From: an uncultured virus (IMG/VR IMGVR_UViG_3300035130_000143)
Lineage: Duplodnaviria > Heunggongvirae > Uroviricota > Caudoviricetes
IMG/VR virus record: IMGVR_UViG_3300035130_000143
Reading direction: 5' to 3' (one strand)
Length of the DNA stretch: 20,000 nucleotides
Each line of letters begins with the position of its first letter. Position 1 is the first letter of the stretch. The position numbers and the translations under genes were made by a program. Positions 17,149 through 20,000 of this stretch are shown piece after piece. The notes under the pieces were generated by a model. The model saw nothing but the letters and a program-made list of their open reading frames with translations, ran no database searches and had not been told where the DNA came from.

Positions 17149-19176
17149 CTATCTCCCTAGCCAGCGCGCATTGATATTACTCTGGCGTTCTCTTTGCTTT
17201 TCTGCTAATTCCGCGATGTTGACGACCGGTTCAGGCTCTTGCCTTCCTGCCGTAACCGGCTTGCCGCTATTGGTAACAGCCATGAGATAATCAATCTCAA
17301 TGGCAATCACGCGACGCGCTTCGTCTTCATTTGGAAACTGGCGTTCTAGCAAACGTAACTTTGTCTCGTTTGGCAGATGGTCAGGCACTAGCGCCCTGAC
17401 ATCCGCCTCGCTCAAGAATGCTGGTTCGGTCTCGATAGATGCGGCCTCTTGCGATTCCGCCGGTTCAGCCTGCGCTTCCCCAGGTTCAGCTTGCACATCT
17501 TCCTCTATCTGGACTTCCTCAACTGGCGCTTCCTGCGTTGCGCTTTCATTCTCGAGCTCTCGTTCTTGCGTCTCTTGTTCGGCCATTTCTTCCTCGCTTT
17601 CGAGCAGGCGCATAGCATGACCGCCAGCGCCCGCCCGGCTAACCCAATCTATAGAATGCCCCGTCGATAACTCTTGGACTTTTTTGCCCTTGCGGCCATT
17701 CAATTCAAATCCAGGCGTTGCGTTGCCGCTGCCGCGAATGGAACACTCTAGTTTGCTTAACAACGGCTTGCCCGTTGACTTTTCCAATTCGTACAAATTC
17801 ACAACGCGCTGTGCAAAGGACGGATTGTGAATTCCAACTATGCCAATCGGCGCGCCGTTGTGAAACTCTTTAGTTTCAATATATGTAGAAACCCAGTTGC
17901 GATTGTTGGTTTCCTCTGCCACGTGATTTGTTTCGTACATTTTTACGCCGTCGAACGCTTTAGCAAAGTCGCGCTCTAGCATATCAGCAGGATAAAAATT
18001 GTTGTCGCGCTCATTGCCCCAACCGGGCTCAATTGGAGCTATTTCTAAAAGCAATGGCTTGCTGCCGCCCTCTGCCACGTCGCCAACTTCTACCAGGCGC
18101 GTGACGTGACCGACTGATGACTCGGAAATATCTATCGTGGCAAATTGGCTATTGTTGCCAGTGGTTTCATTTTCTTTTGGCTCGACCTGTTCTACCATCG
18201 CCTCGCCAAGCGTCTCACGAATCAGCGTGACAAATTCTCCTGCCAGCGATTCGATAGCGGTAGTCTTGTCTGTAATAGTGACATCGGCCATGATGTTGCT
18301 AATCAGGCTTTGAAACTGATACGTGAGCCGATGAACCTCTGACGCGGCCATATCCGCCTGTTCGGCGGTATGCAAATCAGAGAAGCTAGTTGCTCCCTGC
18401 GGCGTATAAGACATGGCGCACACATCAGCCATTTCGGTTGTTGCTGATTCAGTGGATGGCATTTCAATATCCTCGTCTCTGTACATCGCTCTCAAATCGC
18501 GAATGGCCTGCTCTTTACCGGGGCCCTCGTATTTGTTGCCATGTGAACCCTTGTGCAAAGCTGCCCAGGCCGCGCCCATCAAGCGCCGGTCAATCTCTCC
18601 GTTGACCTTGACAGGCAAATGCCAGGTTGACGGCTTCTCTGGATCGTCTACTACCAAAAAGTCGCCTGCCGGGCGTGGCTTGCCATCAACCGTCTTCGTC
18701 GCTTCTGATAATTGCATTTCTTCTACCTCGTCGCCGGCTACCAACGCCGCACTGCACTCTGGACACTCTAGTGAGCGGCACGGTACGCCGCGCTCTTTTT
18801 CAATTTTGTAATCGCAGTCCGGGCAAACACACATGCCAGGGCCGCCCAGCGCTTGCTCTGCATAGCCGTTCAGCTTCGATAGTATTCCGCGCGCCCAGTC
18901 AGATGTGTCACCGTCGTCTCGCTCGACCAGACTACGCAACTCGATGACCGACACAGCGCCGTCAATCCTGGTAAATTTTGGCGCGGTGAATATCGCCATT
19001 TCGTCAAATACCACGCCGTTCGCCATGCGAAACGCGACTCCCTCGCAATCGTCGCCGTTCTTTTCCTGGCAGCGCTCAAAGGCGCTGTTCCACACATCAA
19101 CCCATTGGCGGCGCTTTTTGTCACCCAGGGCCTTGACGTTATCTGGCAGGCGGGGATCATCCACGGTATACGGCAT
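17149..19176 (-). CDS. Multidomain prohead protease/scaffold protein: ChaB-like + Cys6 Zn-ribbon + two unknown domains + T4 gp21-like protease + acidic scaffold (675 aa)
   Basis: MPY...LPDNVK...WVDVWNSAF (ChaB-like); GGPGMCVCPDC...GVPC...CPEC; protease motifs YPADML, KMYETNH, CSIRGSG, SIDWVSRAGAGG; Glu-rich C-terminal ~150 aa. Confidence 0.75.
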   Translation of the reverse strand: MPYTVDDPRLPDNVKALGDKKRRQWVDVWNSAFERCQEKNGDDCEGVAFRMANGVVFDEMAIFTAPKFTRIDGAVSVIELRSLVERDDGDTSDWARGILSKLNGYAEQALGGPGMCVCPDCDYKIEKERGVPCRSLECPECSAALVAGDEVEEMQLSEATKTVDGKPRPAGDFLVVDDPEKPSTWHLPVKVNGEIDRRLMGAAWAALHKGSHGNKYEGPGKEQAIRDLRAMYRDEDIEMPSTESATTEMADVCAMSYTPQGATSFSDLHTAEQADMAASEVHRLTYQFQSLISNIMADVTITDKTTAIESLAGEFVTLIRETLGEAMVEQVEPKENETTGNNSQFATIDISESSVGHVTRLVEVGDVAEGGSKPLLLEIAPIEPGWGNERDNNFYPADMLERDFAKAFDGVKMYETNHVAEETNNRNWVSTYIETKEFHNGAPIGIVGIHNPSFAQRVVNLYELEKSTGKPLLSKLECSIRGSGNATPGFELNGRKGKKVQELSTGHSIDWVSRAGAGGHAMRLLESEEEMAEQETQERELENESATQEAPVEEVQIEEDVQAEPGEAQAEPAESQEAASIETEPAFLSEADVRALVPDHLPNETKLRLLERQFPNEDEARRVIAIEIDYLMAVTNSGKPVTAGRQEPEPVVNIAELAEKQRERQSNINARWLGR

Positions 19177-19730
19177 TAGTCATGCTCCCAGTAGACAACG
19201 CTGATCGTGATTGTGGCCTGGTTCGCCAGCCCGTCGCTGGACGCCAGCCGCGCGCGAATCTGAGAATTGGCCGCTACTTCCTCAGAACCTAGTATGTACA
19301 CCTGATTCCCAAAAAAGCCCCCCGCTACGGCAAAGCGCACCGCCGTGATAATATCATCAGCGGCGCCTTTGTATAGCTCTAGCTGAAAGACGGCGTTCTT
19401 GTCGCAGGACTCTATTGATACAGCGGTAATGTGAAAGTCAGCGGCGATAGTGTTGATGGGCACGACGGTAGCATACGCGCCATAAGCCCAGTCAGCGTTA
19501 GCCGACACGACTGTTGCGCCAGCCGCCAGCGTGGGGTATACTTTTCTCTCAAGCTGAAACGCATCGTACAACTCATCAACGCGAGAGTACAGGCTGTTCC
19601 CGTTGTGCGTGTCTTGCTTGCCGCCAATAACATCGCCCCAGTCTTCATTGTCGGCGCTGTCTACCGCCGGTACGTCAAAAAAGCCCTCTTGTACCTGCGC
19701 TTGCTGCGTCAAGGATACTCCGTCTGTCAT
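19176..19730 (-). CDS. Hypothetical protein, probably virion accessory (short helix plus beta-sandwich; 184 aa)
   Basis: Coupled at both ends (ATGA, TAATG). Beta-rich C-terminal ~120 aa. Confidence 0.75.
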   Translation of the reverse strand: MTDGVSLTQQAQVQEGFFDVPAVDSADNEDWGDVIGGKQDTHNGNSLYSRVDELYDAFQLERKVYPTLAAGATVVSANADWAYGAYATVVPINTIAADFHITAVSIESCDKNAVFQLELYKGAADDIITAVRFAVAGGFFGNQVYILGSEEVAANSQIRARLASSDGLANQATITISVVYWEHD

Positions 19731-19999
19731 GAAAACACCGCCTCGATTTGCAGCGTGCCAGGATTGCCCACTGCACCGCTCTCCCTGGCCCTGACTCGAA
19801 TCCGCTCAATCGTGCCCCGAAGTTCGATGGGGCCAAAGCTGAAATCCTCAGCCGGCGCGCCTTGGCTGGTGTAGCTCTGTAGCTCGCGCTGCACCAGGCT
19901 GGTAGTATCAACGCCAGCCGCCACGGCTCCGGCTGCGTAAATGCTCTCTGTCACCCACTCGCTAGCGCCGACAGGCGCGTTGGCTGCTATGCTGTATGG
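19727..19999 (-). CDS. Hypothetical protein, 5'-truncated by the window edge
   Basis: The frame stays open upstream of GTG 19954 to the window end (PYSIAANAPVGASEWVTESIY...). Confidence 0.7.
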   Translation of the reverse strand, partial: PYSIAANAPVGASEWVTESIYAAGAVAAGVDTTSLVQRELQSYTSQGAPAEDFSFGPIELRGTIERIRVRARESGAVGNPGTLQIEAVFS

Positions 20000-20000
20000 G

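Larger units (their letters stand above)
1..20000 (-). mobile_element. Phage/prophage head-neck-tail morphogenesis module (siphovirus-like)
   Basis: About 20 co-oriented, mostly abutting minus-strand ORFs in canonical order protease-decoration-MCP-neck-tube-TAC-TMP-Dit-hub-fibre. Many ATGA/TAATG stop-start overlaps (1161, 2336-2339, 4912-4915, 7833-7836, 8610-8613, 12911-12914, 13159-13162, 19176, 19727-19730). Confidence 0.95.

Noticed and set aside
1210..19874. Numerous plus-strand ORFs (e.g. 6608..7243, 11619..12125, 10113..10550)
   Set aside because: They are antisense shadows of well-supported minus-strand genes, with Ser/Ala/Arg-rich composition and no recognisable motifs.
1..20000. 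Contractile injection system, tailocin or myovirus
   Set aside because: Capsid genes are present and no sheath or baseplate wedge genes are recognisable.
1..20000. Host assignment (general resemblance to uncultured sediment/Chloroflexota-type phages) and prophage versus free-phage status
   Set aside because: This is an impression only. There are no host genes, att sites or integrase in the window.
1..20000. CRISPR array, tRNA, DGR repeats, alternative genetic code
   Set aside because: No spaced repeats or cloverleaf were seen and there is almost no non-coding space. TAA, TAG and TGA all end genes followed by RBS-supported starts.

Overview
The whole window is one tightly packed minus-strand operon encoding the virion morphogenesis module of a divergent tailed dsDNA phage or prophage. 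It looks siphovirus-like because no sheath gene is recognisable. In transcription order (high to low coordinates) it contains: two putative head-accessory proteins; a multidomain ChaB-like/Zn-ribbon/prohead protease/scaffold protein; a capsid decoration protein; a major capsid protein (Mu gpT-like motif); a beta-helix protein whose RBS-supported start is out of frame; neck genes; two tandem paralogues fusing a putative tail-tube domain to an Asp-box beta-propeller; a third, propeller-less paralogue behind a structured RNA element; a tail assembly chaperone with a probable +1 (UUU_CGA) frameshift extension; tape measure; evolved Dit; hub/Tal; and a tail fibre running off the left edge that the ORF track missed. 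All family assignments come from motif recognition by eye and gene order, not database searches. No host, integrase, lysis, RNA gene or CRISPR signal was seen.
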